Positions 1-11,453 of a stretch of 64,000 nucleotides of DNA are shown here, one piece after another. Positions within the stretch are counted from its first letter, which is position 1. Each line of letters starts with the position of its first letter. Origin of the DNA: Candidatus Moanibacter sp. (GTDB lineage Bacteria; Verrucomicrobiota; Verrucomicrobiia; Opitutales; UBA2987); assembly GCA_965215885.1 (NCBI GenBank), contig CBDCEW010000105.1, positions 367,549-431,548 of the forward strand. The letters are read 5' to 3'. A model generated the notes under the pieces. That model had not been told where the DNA came from and did no database searches. It worked only from the letters and a program-made list of their open reading frames with translations. The translations under genes and the position numbers were made by a program.

Positions 1-77
1 TCTTGCGTGTTCTTGGTAAGGAGAGAACGTTGACCCGAGTACGAAAATTCTTGCAGAACTATGGAGAAATTCACTGA
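1..77 (+). CDS. 3' end of a gene cut by the window edge, probably glutamyl-tRNA synthetase
   Basis: Frame starting at nt 3 reads LRVLGKERTLTRVRKFLQNYGEIH*, resembling the GltX C-terminus (LGkerxlxRl); lies directly upstream of glnS. Confidence 0.5.
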   Translation, partial: LRVLGKERTLTRVRKFLQNYGEIH

Positions 78-142
78 TCTGCATCTCATCCGATATTTGA
101 CCGCATTCGCGCCAGATAATTCCAAATAATGTTGAATCCAGT

Positions 143-1876
143 ATGACTTCTGAAGAATCCGGAGTGCCAAAGCATTTTATCAGACAGGCTGTTTCTGATG
201 ATATGGAGAGTGGCCGTTGGAATGGTCGCGTGGTGACACGTTTCCCGCCGGAGCCGAATGGGCATCTCCATATCGGGCATGCCAAGTCGGTCTGTCTCAA
301 TTTTGGGATTGCCCGAGAGTTCGGAGGCACCTGCCATTTGCGTTTCGATGACACGAATCCGGAAAAGGAGGAAGCCGGCTTTGTCGAGGGGATTAAGGAA
401 GATATCCGTTGGCTGGGATGGAATTGGGGTGAGCACCTCTATTTCGCTTCGGATTATTTCGACACGCTGGCCAAATTTGCCATTCAGTTGATCGAAGCGG
501 GAAAGGCATATGTCTGCGATCTCAGTAGTGAAGATATCCGAAAATATCGCGGCACTTTGACAGAGCCGGGGCGGAACAGTCCCTACCGGAACCGAACGAT
601 TGAGGAGAATCTCGATCTGTTCGGGCGCATGAAAGATGGCGAATTTGAGGAAGGGGCTCGGGTCCTGAGAGCAAAGATCGATATGTCGGCGCCCAACCTG
701 AATATGAGGGATCCCGTGGTGTATCGGATCATCAAAATTCCTCACCACAGGACCGGGGATAGTTGGCACATATATCCGATGTATGATTTCGCCCATGGGC
801 AGTCGGATTCGATCGAGCAGGTAACCCATTCGCTCTGTACGATGGAGTTTGAAGACCATCGCCCGCTGTATGACTGGTTCCTCGATGCGCTCGAGATTTA
901 CCACCCGCAACAGATCGAATTCGCCCGACTCAATCTGAGCCATACGCTCCTGTACAAAAGGATGCTTTCGAGGCTTGTTGCTGAAGGTCATGTTGCGGGC
1001 TGGGACGATCCGCGTATGCCGACGCTTGCCGGGATGCGTCGCCGGGGCTATACTCCGGAAGCAATCAGAGAATTCTGCGAGCGGGTCGGAGTAGCCAGGC
1101 GAGACAACGTGGTCGATTTTGCGCTTCTCGAGCATTGCCTTCGGGAGGACTTGAACAAACGAGCCCTTCGTGTGATGGGCGTTCTACATCCGTTGAAGTT
1201 AGTGATCGATAACTATCCCGAGGATCTGATGGAGGAACTTGATGCCGTCAACAATCCGGAGGACCCGGCCGCAGGAACGCGCAAAGTGCCGTTTTCTCGC
1301 AACCTGTATATTGAGCGAGATGATTTCAGAGAGGAGGCTCCGCGAAAGTACTATCGCCTCGCTCCCGGAAGAGAAGTGCGGCTACGCTACGGCTACTACG
1401 TTACCTGCACGGGAGTGAATAAAGACGGGGAGACCGGGGAAGTAACCGAACTGCGCTGCACTTATGATCCGAAGACACGTGGCGGACATTCGCCCGACGG
1501 CCGAAAGGTAAAGGCGACGATTCATTGGGTGTCTGCCGCACATGCGATCGAGGCGGAGGCGCGGCTCTATAGTCGACTGTTTTCCAGTGAAAAACCCCAC
1601 CAGGCCTCAGACGGGAAAGACTTTATCTCGAATCTGAATCCCGATTCGCTGGAAGTTGCCAGATGCTTTGTTGAGCCGAGCCTGGCCGGGGCGCAGGGAG
1701 GTGGCATCTATCAGTTTGAGAGGCTGGGATACTTCTGCGTCGATACGATCGACTCAAACGAGGAACGACTCGTTTTCAACCGGACGGTGACTTTGCGCGA
1801 CTCCTGGTCGAAGATTGCAAGGAAACAGAGGAATCTTTCGGACGCATCTCCGTCGGAATCTCAATCCATCACCTAA
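143..1876 (+). CDS. glnS: Glutaminyl-tRNA synthetase
   Basis: [17 protein letters not shown] (HIGH motif), [37 protein letters not shown]. Confidence 0.97.
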   Translation: MTSEESGVPKHFIRQAVSDDMESGRWNGRVVTRFPPEPNGHLHIGHAKSVCLNFGIAREFGGTCHLRFDDTNPEKEEAGFVEGIKEDIRWLGWNWGEHLYFASDYFDTLAKFAIQLIEAGKAYVCDLSSEDIRKYRGTLTEPGRNSPYRNRTIEENLDLFGRMKDGEFEEGARVLRAKIDMSAPNLNMRDPVVYRIIKIPHHRTGDSWHIYPMYDFAHGQSDSIEQVTHSLCTMEFEDHRPLYDWFLDALEIYHPQQIEFARLNLSHTLLYKRMLSRLVAEGHVAGWDDPRMPTLAGMRRRGYTPEAIREFCERVGVARRDNVVDFALLEHCLREDLNKRALRVMGVLHPLKLVIDNYPEDLMEELDAVNNPEDPAAGTRKVPFSRNLYIERDDFREEAPRKYYRLAPGREVRLRYGYYVTCTGVNKDGETGEVTELRCTYDPKTRGGHSPDGRKVKATIHWVSAAHAIEAEARLYSRLFSSEKPHQASDGKDFISNLNPDSLEVARCFVEPSLAGAQGGGIYQFERLGYFCVDTIDSNEERLVFNRTVTLRDSWSKIARKQRNLSDASPSESQSIT

Positions 1877-1930
1877 AAATCCGTACCTCAAGGGAGTTTC
1901 TAAAGCTGGTTTCGGCAGAATCCTAGTCCT

Positions 1931-2416
1931 ATGACATCTCCTGCAAAGGTTCTATTTCTTGGTCTGGATGCCGCCGACAAGGACTTGATCTTTCGATGGT
2001 GCGAAGACGGGTTTCTTCCAAATATCGAAGCGTTTCGAAAAGAGAGCCTCTGGGGGCTTACGGCGAATCCTCCCGGTCTCTATACGGGCGCCGTCTGGCC
2101 TTCTTTTTACACTGGCGTTTCACCGGCGCGGCATGGCCGGTATTTCCACACTCAGCTCAGACGAGGGACCTATAAGACCTATGACTTTCGGATCACCGAT
2201 CTCAAGTGCGAACCTTTTTGGGACACATTGAGTCGAGCTGGTCTTCGTCTTTCCATAATTGACGTTCCCAAAGGCCCGCCGTCCAAGAAGCTGTGTGGAA
2301 TTCAGATCTGCGACTGGGGCACGCATGATCCCGAATTCTCGTCGCCGCGATTCTTCCCGCCCTCTCTCGCTTCTGAAGTGACTTCACGCTTCGGCAAGGA
2401 TCCTGTTGGGCGGTGC
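1931..2416 (+). pseudogene. N-terminal fragment of an alkaline-phosphatase-superfamily (nucleotide pyrophosphatase/phosphodiesterase) protein
   Basis: VLFLGLDAAD...LPNI...WPSFYTGVSPARHG...PFWDTLS motifs; recognisable sequence stops at about aa 162, where it meets an opposite-strand gene fragment. Confidence 0.75.
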
Positions 2417-2417
2417 T

Positions 2418-2639
2418 TGCCGCTTCCATTCCTTGATGCACGGGAAGTTCGATTACCTTTAAGGCGAGATCGGAAAAATCGGAAAGTAATGAGCGTGTAG
2501 TTTCGTCTGGACCGTCCTGAACTACTATAATTTCGATGTTGTTGATATTCTGTATCGTGATGCTTGCGATCGCCCGCATGAGGAGTTGCGGCCGATTGCG
2601 GGTCGGTATAACGACGCTCACGCTGGGAACTGCTGTCAT
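2418..2639 (-). pseudogene. N-terminal fragment of a family 2 glycosyltransferase
   Basis: VSVVIPTRNRPQLLMRAIASI..Q...IEIIVVQDGPDETT...QG.AA; truncated just before the expected AARN.G motif. Confidence 0.8.
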
Positions 2640-2720
2640 TCCTTGTCTTCGGGTTTTGCTGTTGAATAGGATGCTCGATTATGCATTCCTGTAAAATTGA
2701 AAAATCTGAAAGGCGAAATT

Positions 2721-4133
2721 ATGGTTAAGACACTGTTCGAAAAAGTCTGGGAGCGCCATATTGTCAGAGAACTGTCCAACGGTGAGTATCAGCTGTTTAT
2801 TGGTACACACCTTGTCCACGAAGTAACCAGCCCCCAGGCCTTCGGCATGTTGCATGAGATGGGTCTGGGGGTGCCTTTTCCTCACCGAACCTTTGCCACG
2901 GTCGATCATATTGTTCCCACGGATGATACTAAAGAACCTTTCAGTGACGCTGTGGCTGATGAGATGTTGCGCTACTTGCGACGAAACTGCGAGGAATACG
3001 GAATAACCTTTTTCGATCTGCATTCGGGAAGGCAGGGGATAGTACATGTTATCGGGCCCGAGCTGGGGATTACACAACCGGCTACGATGATCGCATGTGG
3101 AGACTCACATACTTCGACCCATGGCGCCTTTGGTGCGATTGCCTTCGGAATCGGGACATCACAGGTTCGCGATGTATTGGCTACACAGACACTGGCGATG
3201 GACAAGCTGAAAGTCCGCCGCGTCAATGTGGACGGCCAGCTTAGTCCAGGTGTTTACGCTAAGGATGTTATTCTGCATATTATCAGAAAACTTGGTGTTA
3301 ACGGAGGTATCGGGTTTGCCTATGAGTACGGTGGCGAGGTGTTTGACCGCTTCTCAATGGATGAGCGTATGACGGTGTGCAATATGTCGATTGAAGGGGG
3401 TGCGCGTTGTGGATATGTGAACCCCGATGATAAGACGTTTGATTATTTGAAGGGGCGTCCCTTTTGTCCCTCGGGTAATAAATGGGAAGAGGCCGTTCGC
3501 GATTGGCGCGAAATGGCGTCAGATCCCAATTGCCGATACGATGATGTGGCGACGTTCCGAGCGGAGGATATCGGACCGACCGTCACTTGGGGTCTCAACC
3601 CGGGGCAAGCTATCTTTATTGACGAAGAGGTTCCTTTTCCGGAGGAATTTCCCGAAGGGGAGAGAGCCAACGTCGAGGAAGCGCTGACCCACATGAAGCT
3701 CGCTTCGGGAAAGCCGATTAAGGGGACACCGATCGATGTCGCCTTTATCGGCAGCTGTACCAATAGCCGGCTCTCCGATCTCCAGGAGGCTGCACGCTTC
3801 GTGAAAGGGCGAAGGGTAGCGCCTGGAGTAAAGGCTCTTGTTGTTCCAGGCTCAAGTGGAGTCAGTGCACTTGCGGAGGAAATGGGAATTGCGGAGACAT
3901 TCCGTGAGGCCGGATTTGAATGGCGTGGCGCCGGATGCTCGATGTGCCTGGGAATGAATCCGGATAAGTTGGTGATGGACCAGCTCTGTGCGAGTTCGAG
4001 CAACCGAAATTTTAAGGGAAGACAGGGTAGCCCTTCGGGGCGCACTGTGTTGATGAGTCCGCTTATGGTGGCGGCGGCGGCAGTGGCCGGTGAAATCAGT
4101 GACGCACGCGAAGTGTTCGACGTCGCAAGTTAG
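2721..4133 (+). CDS. leuC: 3-isopropylmalate dehydratase large subunit
   Basis: [55 protein letters not shown] at 2721. Confidence 0.97.
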   Translation: MVKTLFEKVWERHIVRELSNGEYQLFIGTHLVHEVTSPQAFGMLHEMGLGVPFPHRTFATVDHIVPTDDTKEPFSDAVADEMLRYLRRNCEEYGITFFDLHSGRQGIVHVIGPELGITQPATMIACGDSHTSTHGAFGAIAFGIGTSQVRDVLATQTLAMDKLKVRRVNVDGQLSPGVYAKDVILHIIRKLGVNGGIGFAYEYGGEVFDRFSMDERMTVCNMSIEGGARCGYVNPDDKTFDYLKGRPFCPSGNKWEEAVRDWREMASDPNCRYDDVATFRAEDIGPTVTWGLNPGQAIFIDEEVPFPEEFPEGERANVEEALTHMKLASGKPIKGTPIDVAFIGSCTNSRLSDLQEAARFVKGRRVAPGVKALVVPGSSGVSALAEEMGIAETFREAGFEWRGAGCSMCLGMNPDKLVMDQLCASSSNRNFKGRQGSPSGRTVLMSPLMVAAAAVAGEISDAREVFDVAS

Positions 4134-4171
4134 TCGGATTCCTGAACGAAACTTTGCACTCCAATTCATAA

Positions 4172-4783
4172 ATGGCGCTAGAGAAAATCACCCAGATTAC
4201 CGGAAATGGTGTATACGTTCCGGGCGATGATATCGATACGGACCGAATCATTCCGGCTCGGTATCTCAGGTGCATCACTTTCGATGGCCTGGGCGAGTAT
4301 GCTTTTTGCGATGAGAGGAAGGGTAAGGATGGCAGCGACACATCGCACCCGCTGAACGATGAGCGCTTTGTTGGCGCTACCATTCTCCTGTGTGGCTCCA
4401 ATTTTGGGTGTGGGAGTTCCAGAGAGCACGCGCCCCAGTCTCTTTTCCGCCACGGTTTTCGGATTATTATTGGCGTCAGTTTTGCGGAGATTTTCTTTGG
4501 TAATTCCATCAAATTGGGCATGCCCTGTCTAACGGCGCCTCGTGATGAAATTGAAATTCTGGCTTCGGCGATCGAGAGTGATCCGAAACTGCGCGTAACC
4601 GTCGATGTTGGCAGCGGCAATGTCTCTTACAGCGACCACACGTTTCGTGGTGAATTACCCGAGGGAGCGCGAAACAGTCTCCTTGAGGGAAGGTGGGATC
4701 CCATTGCTGAGCTCTTGGAGGGGAGGGAACTTACGGATCGAGTTGCTTCGACCCTATCCTATGTTGCTGATAAAGCGACCTGA
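4172..4783 (+). CDS. leuD: 3-isopropylmalate dehydratase small subunit
   Basis: DIDTDRIIPARYL, NFGCGSSREHAP, SFAEIFFGN; follows leuC. Confidence 0.96.
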   Translation: MALEKITQITGNGVYVPGDDIDTDRIIPARYLRCITFDGLGEYAFCDERKGKDGSDTSHPLNDERFVGATILLCGSNFGCGSSREHAPQSLFRHGFRIIIGVSFAEIFFGNSIKLGMPCLTAPRDEIEILASAIESDPKLRVTVDVGSGNVSYSDHTFRGELPEGARNSLLEGRWDPIAELLEGRELTDRVASTLSYVADKAT

Positions 4784-4803
4784 CCGGTCGATTGGTATGA
4801 GAC

Positions 4804-5376
4804 ATGATCAACCTGGTTGAAGGGGCGGGAGTATTCATCTGGCCGCTGGGGATATGCTCATTCCTGGCGGTTTTTATTATTGTGGAACGGCTCATCGCCC
4901 TCAGACCAAGCAGAGTAATCCCCAGGGAACTGATAGAGAGCTTTATCGAAGGAGAGATTCCTGAAACCGTGAATGAATCCGTCGGTGGAAGGATTCTGGA
5001 GTTTTACTCCCGGCACGATCGCGATCCTGAGCAGCTCAAAGCCTTTGCACGTCTCGAAGTTTCGCGGATGGAACGCGGATTGTTCATTCTGGAAATCGTC
5101 ATCAGCGCGGCTCCCCTAATTGGACTGTTGGGCACTGTTACCGGGCTGATCAAGGTCTTCGCCAATATCTCCCCTGAGACGGGAATGCCTGACCCCGCTT
5201 CTTTCATCGAAGGAATTGCCCTCGCTCTTACTACCACCATGATCGGTCTCTCGATTGCTATTCCGGCTCTTGTCGGAAATAGCTTTTTGATTCGACGTGT
5301 CGATACTCTCGCCGCCCGCCTCGATGTGGGGGTAGAGAGACTGATCGATCTTAGAAAAATCAATACCGAAGCATGA
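4804..5376 (+). CDS. MotA/TolQ/ExbB proton channel family protein
   Basis: APLIGLLGTVTGLI..F and GIALALTTT.IGL.IAIPA motifs. Confidence 0.9.
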   Translation: MINLVEGAGVFIWPLGICSFLAVFIIVERLIALRPSRVIPRELIESFIEGEIPETVNESVGGRILEFYSRHDRDPEQLKAFARLEVSRMERGLFILEIVISAAPLIGLLGTVTGLIKVFANISPETGMPDPASFIEGIALALTTTMIGLSIAIPALVGNSFLIRRVDTLAARLDVGVERLIDLRKINTEA

Positions 5377-5771
5377 GTCTGGTCGACAGACCCCGTCGAA
5401 GGAGAGTGGAAATCAATATTGTTCCGCTTGTCGATGTCCTCACCGTCCTGATTTTCTTTTTTCTTGTCTCTATGCAGTTTCGTAATGTCACCACGCTCAA
5501 CCTGATTCTACCGAAAATAGAAACGGCAGGTAGAAACAGGGTCGTTGAACAATTGGAGATTGCCGTGGATGCCGAGGGAAATCTTTACCATGGAGGTACC
5601 CCCGTTACAAAAGAGAAACTCGAGGCCGCTGTCAGATTTCAGGCTGAGGTCGATAGAGACATTCCAGTCCTGGTTTTAGCCGACGAGGAGACTTATCTAA
5701 AGAATGTTACTTTTATTATGGACACGTGCCGCGCCGCCGGTCTTGAGAAAATCCGGCTCCAATCCCGCTAG
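5373..5771 (+). CDS. ExbD/TolR biopolymer transport protein
   Basis: INIVPLVDVLTVLIFFFLV, VLVLAD; ATGA overlap with the upstream gene. Confidence 0.9.
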   Translation: MSLVDRPRRRRVEINIVPLVDVLTVLIFFFLVSMQFRNVTTLNLILPKIETAGRNRVVEQLEIAVDAEGNLYHGGTPVTKEKLEAAVRFQAEVDRDIPVLVLADEETYLKNVTFIMDTCRAAGLEKIRLQSR

Positions 5772-5956
5772 CCCGGACATTTCACACACTTCGTAGTGAG
5801 ACTGTCCCGGCGCGCCGGGACTGCGTATCAGTGCCTTTCCGCAGCACGGCGGGCGACAGCGTGTTGAAACCCTCTGAGGTCGCCGGACAAGGGAAGGCTT
5901 TGAGACGCAGTGACATCCGCGGTCGTAGCAGAAGATTTGTGAAATGTTCGGGCTAG
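5768..5956. mobile_element. CTAG-bounded miniature inverted-repeat element (MITE-like)
   Basis: ctagcccggacatttcaca (5768) is inverted by tgtgaaatgttcgggctag (ends 5956) with 1 mismatch; inner inverted repeat actgcgtatcagtgcctttcc / ggaaggctttgagacgcagt. Confidence 0.75.
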
Positions 5957-6030
5957 GAATCTGTCGGAGTTAGCTTTTGGAATGAATCCGAGTAACTCCT
6001 CCGAAAGAGGCATAGAGTCCGACGGGTTAG
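5953..6030. repeat. CTAG-GAATCTGTCGGA family miniature element carrying the GAGTAACTCnTCCGAAAGAGG core
   Basis: ctaggaatctgtcgga...gagtaactcctccgaaagaggcatagagtccgacgggttag; shares its CTAG with the preceding element. Confidence 0.7.
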
Positions 6031-6066
6031 TACCCGTAGAGGTAAGTCCGCCGCCATCCAGTCCCG

Positions 6067-7260
6067 TCAGGGTAGGGCGTAGGAAAATTCCACAACCGGA
6101 TCGACATCGGCATCGTAGTCGACACCGTCGAGGCCGAATCCAAAGAGGCGCAGGAATTCGCTCTGATAGCCCGCGTAATCCGACATTTCATCGAGATTTT
6201 CGGAATTGACCTGATGCCAGTATTCCTTGGCCGCTCTTTGCACATCTTCCCGCATCTCCAGATCGTCGATGCGAATGCGTCCGTTGGCATCAAGTTTGGG
6301 ACCACCTGCCGTATAGAGATGATCGTGAAAGAGACGATATATCTGCTCGGTGCATCCCTCGTTGATACCCTTTTCTTTCATTACTTTGAGCAGAATCGAC
6401 ATATAGAGGGGTACGACCGGGATAGCCGAACTGGCATGGGTCACTACGCCTTTATTGATAGATACGAATGCCCTGCCGTTTCCGTTTAGCATCCCATTTA
6501 TCCTTCCAGCGGATTCCTCGAGATGCTCTTTGGCCAACCCGATTGTCCCATTTTTGTAAATTGGCCAGGTAACCTCCGGTCCAACGTAAGAATAAGCCAC
6601 CGTCGTGCACCCATTCGCGAGGACACCCGCTTTGACGAGGGCTTCGACCCACATCTCCCAATCCTCGCCTCCCATTACGCCCAGTGTACCGCGAATCTCT
6701 TCTTCCATCGCGGGTTGTGTGGTTACCTCCCTGATCTCCTTTCGATCCGTGTCCAGACTCTTGCTTGTAAAGGGATTTCCTACCGGTTTCAGCGCCGACT
6801 TGAGCACTTCTCCGGTCTTTGGATGTGTCCTTCTCGGTGCCGCCAGACAATGAATAAGGAGGTCGATCGATCCGAGATCCTCTTTAATCGTTTCAACCGC
6901 CTTATTTTTTATCTCGTCGGAGAAAGCATCTCCCACAACGCTTTTTGCGTAAATTCCCTCCTGATGGGCGGAGCGCTCAAATGCTACGGAATTGTACCAT
7001 CCCGGGGAGGCAGTTCTTCCCCTTTCCGATGGCCTCTCAAGAAAGACGCCGAATGTGGCCCCGCCGCAACCGAACGCGCTCACAATTCGAGTGGACAGTC
7101 CGTATCCGGTCGATGCCCCGATGATGAGGGCTTTTTTCGGGCCCCCGCTGATTGAGCCAGCCGACTTCACGGCGGCAATCTGCTCGTTCACATTCGCCGC
7201 ACATCCGGCTGGATGCGCGGTGACACAAATGAATCCTCTGATTCGCGGCTTTATGATCAT
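6067..7260 (-). CDS. fabV: Enoyl-ACP reductase FabV / trans-2-enoyl-CoA reductase
   Basis: MIIKPRIRGFIC..AHP.GC, IGASTGYGL, GDAFSDE, MGGEDW, catalytic Y...Y........K (YSYVGPEVTWPIYKNGTIGLAK), FLRLFGFG. Confidence 0.93.
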   Translation of the reverse strand: MIIKPRIRGFICVTAHPAGCAANVNEQIAAVKSAGSISGGPKKALIIGASTGYGLSTRIVSAFGCGGATFGVFLERPSERGRTASPGWYNSVAFERSAHQEGIYAKSVVGDAFSDEIKNKAVETIKEDLGSIDLLIHCLAAPRRTHPKTGEVLKSALKPVGNPFTSKSLDTDRKEIREVTTQPAMEEEIRGTLGVMGGEDWEMWVEALVKAGVLANGCTTVAYSYVGPEVTWPIYKNGTIGLAKEHLEESAGRINGMLNGNGRAFVSINKGVVTHASSAIPVVPLYMSILLKVMKEKGINEGCTEQIYRLFHDHLYTAGGPKLDANGRIRIDDLEMREDVQRAAKEYWHQVNSENLDEMSDYAGYQSEFLRLFGFGLDGVDYDADVDPVVEFSYALP

Positions 7261-7433
7261 TATGCCTTCAATCTGTGGGATTTACAGTGAGGCGTAAACT
7301 CGAAATAGCTTGCTTCGAGCTGATTATCACTTTGTTTTCTCAATAGTTGGGCCCTTGGGATAGAGGACTCTTCCATATCCGGGAGCCCAAGTTGTCTTTT
7401 CGAGTCTAGCAACCCCTTTTTGAAAGTTATCGG

Positions 7434-8732
7434 ATGAATCCTCTGAGGTGGAAATTGCATTGGCAGATACTGTCGGCGCTCGGATTGGCGCTCATTATTT
7501 CGGTGATTGTTAAAGGGGCCTCGCTCGAGGGGAGCGGGTTTGCGGCGGGTCTGCTATCGACATGCGAATTTCTGGGCAGGTTCTTCATGAATGCGTTGAA
7601 GATGATCGTGGTGCCGTTGATCGTCTCCTCGATAATCTGTGGCATCATGGGTCTCGGGTCGGAGCGCAGTTTCGGGCGTATGGGCATCAAAGTACTGCTT
7701 TACTACACAGTCACAGGTTTCCTGGCAATTGTGGTCGGTCTGCTTATGGTCAACACGGTCAGGCCTGGGGTCGTGGAACGGGAACTGGCGGAGCAAATCC
7801 TCGGTCAGGCGCAGCATCCCGAGGAGTTCATGCACAAGGTCGAAGGCAGGGGCTCAACCGACATTGTGAATATCTTTTTGCGGATGGTTCCACCCAACAT
7901 CATTGCGGCAGCTACCGATAACGGCCAGCTCCTGGGGTTAATCACATTCAGTCTATTCTTTGGATTCTTCATCAGCAAGCTTCCAGAAAAGCTGAGGGAT
8001 TTTCAGCAAAGTCTGTGGGAGAGCGTGCAACAGGTGATGATGATGCTGACCGATCTCATAATCCGATTCGCCCCGTTTGGTGTGTTTGGTCTGGTGACCC
8101 CGATACTGATACGGACTGGGTTCAGCGCATTCGAGCCGCTACTGTGGTTCTTCTTAACTGTTCTGGCGGGACTGGCCTTTCACATTTTCGTCAGCCTCGC
8201 GATCCTCTTGAAATTTGTCGGAAACGTTAGCCCCTTGCAGCACTACCGGGCGATGGCCCCTGTTCTTCTGACCGCTTTCTCCACCGCCTCGTCGGCTTCG
8301 ACACTACCTGTGACAATGGAGACGGTAGAGAAGAATGCGGGGGTGTCCGACCGGACGGCCAGTTTTACGCTACCTCTTGGAGCGACCGTGAATATGGATG
8401 GCACGGCGCTCTATGAATGCGTAGTAGTAATATTTATCGCCCAGATATATGGCGTTCTGCAGGGATTCGAGATAGGAATCGCGACTCAGTTTACAGTCCT
8501 TCTGCTGGCGCTTTTGACTTCGGTTGGGGTGGCTGGAATTCCGGCGGCGAGTCTGGTGGCGATCACCGTAATTCTGGGGGTTGTCGGGCTGCCCCTCGAG
8601 GCGGTGGGCTTGGTCTGGGTGACGGATCGCGTACTCGACATGTGCCGTACCTCGGTAAATGTTTTCAGCGACACGTGTGGGGCCGTAATCATCGGGAAAT
8701 CAGAGGGGGAAAAGTCGATTTATTCGGGCTGA
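7434..8732 (+). CDS. Dicarboxylate/amino acid:cation symporter (GltP/DctA family)
   Basis: [40 protein letters not shown]. Confidence 0.93.
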   Translation: MNPLRWKLHWQILSALGLALIISVIVKGASLEGSGFAAGLLSTCEFLGRFFMNALKMIVVPLIVSSIICGIMGLGSERSFGRMGIKVLLYYTVTGFLAIVVGLLMVNTVRPGVVERELAEQILGQAQHPEEFMHKVEGRGSTDIVNIFLRMVPPNIIAAATDNGQLLGLITFSLFFGFFISKLPEKLRDFQQSLWESVQQVMMMLTDLIIRFAPFGVFGLVTPILIRTGFSAFEPLLWFFLTVLAGLAFHIFVSLAILLKFVGNVSPLQHYRAMAPVLLTAFSTASSASTLPVTMETVEKNAGVSDRTASFTLPLGATVNMDGTALYECVVVIFIAQIYGVLQGFEIGIATQFTVLLLALLTSVGVAGIPAASLVAITVILGVVGLPLEAVGLVWVTDRVLDMCRTSVNVFSDTCGAVIIGKSEGEKSIYSG

Positions 8733-8820
8733 GACCGACCGTCTTCCGTCGTTTGTAAAGGCAGGCCGGGGAATTCGAACGGCCATCGACCGAACTTTCG
8801 GATTGATTGAGGGATGCACG

Positions 8821-10851
8821 ATGGAATTTAAGCTCCAAGCCGATTTCGTGCCAACCGGTGACCAACCGGAGGCCCTTGAAGAGTTGGTAGGCTCGGTGGA
8901 AAGAGGAAACCGGTACCAGACACTATTGGGAGTAACCGGGTCGGGCAAGACGTTCACGATGGCCAACGTGATTGAACGTTTGCAGCGACCGACCCTGGTA
9001 ATTTCGCACAATAAAACCCTTGCGGCTCAGCTATATTCCGAGTTCCGAAACTATTTCCCCGGCAATGCGGTGGAATATTTCGTGAGTTACTATGATTATT
9101 ACCAGCCGGAAGCGTATATTCCGCAGACCGATACCTATATCGAGAAAGATTCCTCGATAAACGATGAGATCGAGCGCCTCCGCATTTCGGCAACGAGTGC
9201 CCTGATCAGCCGGCGCGATGTCATCGTGGTAGCAAGTGTTTCATGCATATATGGCCTGGGGTCTCCGGAAGACTTCCGCGAGATGATGATTCCGCTACGG
9301 GTAGGCGAGGAGATAGGGCGAGATGAATTGCTGCGCCGGATGGTAGAAAATCTATATGAGCGCAACGATGTGAAGTTCTCCCGCGGACACTTCCGGGTTC
9401 GGGGGGAAATCGTCGATATATTTCCCGCCTATATGGAAAGTGCGATTCGATTGGAGTTCTGGGGTGATGAAATTGAGTCGATTCGCGAATTGGATCCACT
9501 GACCGGAAATACGGGTAACAAATTTGAAGCCTTTCAACTCTACCCGGCCAATCAGTTCATCACGCCAAAACGCAGAGTGGAAAAGGCCTTGGACTGCATC
9601 CGCGAAGAGCTCGATGAACGTGTCTTGGAGTTTGAAAAGAATGAGCGATTGTTGGAAGCCCAGCGTATTCGCATGCGTACGGAATACGATCTCGAAATGC
9701 TGCGAGAGATGGGTTTCTGCAGTGGCATAGAGAATTACTCGCGCCACTTGTCCGGAAGAAGGCCCGGTGAGCGCCCGTGGTGCCTGATTGATTTTTTCCC
9801 TGAGGACTTTCTCTTAATCATCGACGAAAGTCATGCTACGGTGCCGCAGATCGGGGCGATGTATCGGGGGGATCGCTCGCGAAAGGAGAAGCTGGTGGAA
9901 TTTGGATTTCGCTTGCCGAGCGCCTTGGACAACCGGCCCCTTAAGGCGGAGGAATTCCACGAGCTCACGGGGGTGACGATCTTTGCTTCAGCGACTCCCG
10001 CGGAGTATGAATTGAAGACGTCCAGTGTTATTGCTGAGCAGGTCATTCGGCCGACGGGACTGTTGGACCCACTAATGGAAGTTCGTCCCGCGCAAGGGCA
10101 GGTGGAGGACCTCATAGGGGAAGCGCGCAGAGCGGTGGCGGAAGGGGAGCGCGTTCTGGTGACGACTTTGACCAAGCGAATGGCGGAGGACCTTACACAC
10201 TACTTGAGGGAACGGGAAGTTCGGGTGGAATATCTACATAGCGATATTGATGTGATTGAACGCATTGAGATCCTGCGAAATCTGAGAAGGGGCGACTTTG
10301 ATGTCCTCGTCGGGATTAATCTCCTTCGTGAAGGGTTGGATCTTCCCGAAGTTGCCCTGGTAGCGATTCTGGATGCCGACAAAGAGGGATTTTTGCGAAG
10401 TTTAACGAGCTTGATCCAGACTGCGGGCCGGGCGGCAAGGCATGAAAAGGGACGAGTAATACTATATGCCGATGTGATGACGGAGTCTCTTAAGTCGACC
10501 CTGAGAATCACGGACAACCGACGCAACAAGCAGATTATTTACAATCGTGAACATGGAATAACCCCAAAGGGGGTGAAAAGGGCGGTACAAGCCAGTCTGC
10601 ATTATCATGACCGCAACGAAGATATCGATCCCGTCACCGTCTCTGAAGCGAGAGGGGATGAAGATGTGGCTGCCGTTATTGTGGAACTTGAGTCGGAAAT
10701 GTTGGAAGCCGCAAACGGCCTCGAATTCGAGCGGGCTGCTCTATTGCGGGACCAGATCGACGCTCTAAGGCGAGGCGACTTTGGGAAGACCGGTTCTCCC
10801 GCAAGAGGGAAGAGGAGAAGCTATGGTAGAGCTCGTTATCGGCGTAGGTGA
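8821..10851 (+). CDS. uvrB: Excinuclease ABC subunit B
   Basis: [46 protein letters not shown]-terminal UVR ([11 protein letters not shown]); ATG at 8821. Confidence 0.98.
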   Translation: MEFKLQADFVPTGDQPEALEELVGSVERGNRYQTLLGVTGSGKTFTMANVIERLQRPTLVISHNKTLAAQLYSEFRNYFPGNAVEYFVSYYDYYQPEAYIPQTDTYIEKDSSINDEIERLRISATSALISRRDVIVVASVSCIYGLGSPEDFREMMIPLRVGEEIGRDELLRRMVENLYERNDVKFSRGHFRVRGEIVDIFPAYMESAIRLEFWGDEIESIRELDPLTGNTGNKFEAFQLYPANQFITPKRRVEKALDCIREELDERVLEFEKNERLLEAQRIRMRTEYDLEMLREMGFCSGIENYSRHLSGRRPGERPWCLIDFFPEDFLLIIDESHATVPQIGAMYRGDRSRKEKLVEFGFRLPSALDNRPLKAEEFHELTGVTIFASATPAEYELKTSSVIAEQVIRPTGLLDPLMEVRPAQGQVEDLIGEARRAVAEGERVLVTTLTKRMAEDLTHYLREREVRVEYLHSDIDVIERIEILRNLRRGDFDVLVGINLLREGLDLPEVALVAILDADKEGFLRSLTSLIQTAGRAARHEKGRVILYADVMTESLKSTLRITDNRRNKQIIYNREHGITPKGVKRAVQASLHYHDRNEDIDPVTVSEARGDEDVAAVIVELESEMLEAANGLEFERAALLRDQIDALRRGDFGKTGSPARGKRRSYGRARYRRR

Positions 10852-10863
10852 GGGGCGAGTCGG

Positions 10864-11109
10864 TCACCCAACTTCACTTCCCACAGGAAGTTGACCGGGT
10901 TTGAGAAACGTCTTAATAAGCTCCCCTTCACCACAGACGGTTACACCCGGGAATCTTTTGTGCCACTTTTCATCGGGTACATTCGGCTCGGAGTCGAGCC
11001 AGTCTGCAAGTAAACCCAATTGGTCTGCCGGGATTTCTCGCTCCTTGATGCGATCGAGCAAATGGGTGAGCAAGGCGCGAGGAATGTTGTGGCGGCGGAC
11101 CTTAGGCAT
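10864..11109 (-). CDS. Small hypothetical protein (81 aa), candidate toxin
   Basis: MPKVRRHNIP...HLLDRI...WHKRF...VCGEGELIKTFL; ATG at 11109 overlaps the upstream stop. Confidence 0.6.
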   Translation of the reverse strand: MPKVRRHNIPRALLTHLLDRIKEREIPADQLGLLADWLDSEPNVPDEKWHKRFPGVTVCGEGELIKTFLKPGQLPVGSEVG

Positions 11110-11323
11110 CGTCCCCGGTCCCGTAGAACCCACGGACGATCGCCTCGCGAACTACGGCAGCTTCCCTCGCGTCACTGCACTTCGTCATCTGCTCCGCCAG
11201 CGCCGACAGTTCGTCACTTGTCAGCCTGCGTTCGGCGTCCAGCTTATACGCGAAGCGAATCACCTCTGCCTGTTCTTCCGGAGGCAGCCTTTGAATCTCT
11301 GCGATGATCTGCGTCAACGTCAT
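11102..11323 (-). CDS. Small helical protein (73 aa), candidate antitoxin
   Basis: MTLTQIIAEIQRLPPEEQAEV resembles addiction-module antitoxin N-termini; coupled to the downstream small ORF. Confidence 0.6.
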   Translation of the reverse strand: MTLTQIIAEIQRLPPEEQAEVIRFAYKLDAERRLTSDELSALAEQMTKCSDAREAAVVREAIVRGFYGTGDDA

Positions 11324-11333
11324 AGTAATTCAT

Positions 11334-11363
11334 ATCTTACCTGACACACAAGCTTTGCGTCAA
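11334..11363 (-). promoter_or_regulatory. Putative sigma70 promoter with overlapping palindromic operator
   Basis: Minus strand TTGACG-18 nt-TAAGAT, 10 nt before the ATG; imperfect palindrome tgacacacaagctttgcgtca (11342-11362) spans the spacer and -35. Confidence 0.5.
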
Positions 11364-11453
11364 GCTCGCAGCACCTGACCACTTGGAGAGATGTCTCCGC
11401 AGCCCTGAATCCTGACACCCTAAGCCTATAGAACAACAGTCGAAAGCGAAAAG

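Noticed and set aside
86..1135. Long antisense ORFs (also 32414-33772, 41911-42765, 40318-41112, 63066-63815, 23142-23924)
   Set aside because: Shadows of well-supported genes on the other strand, with no recognisable motifs
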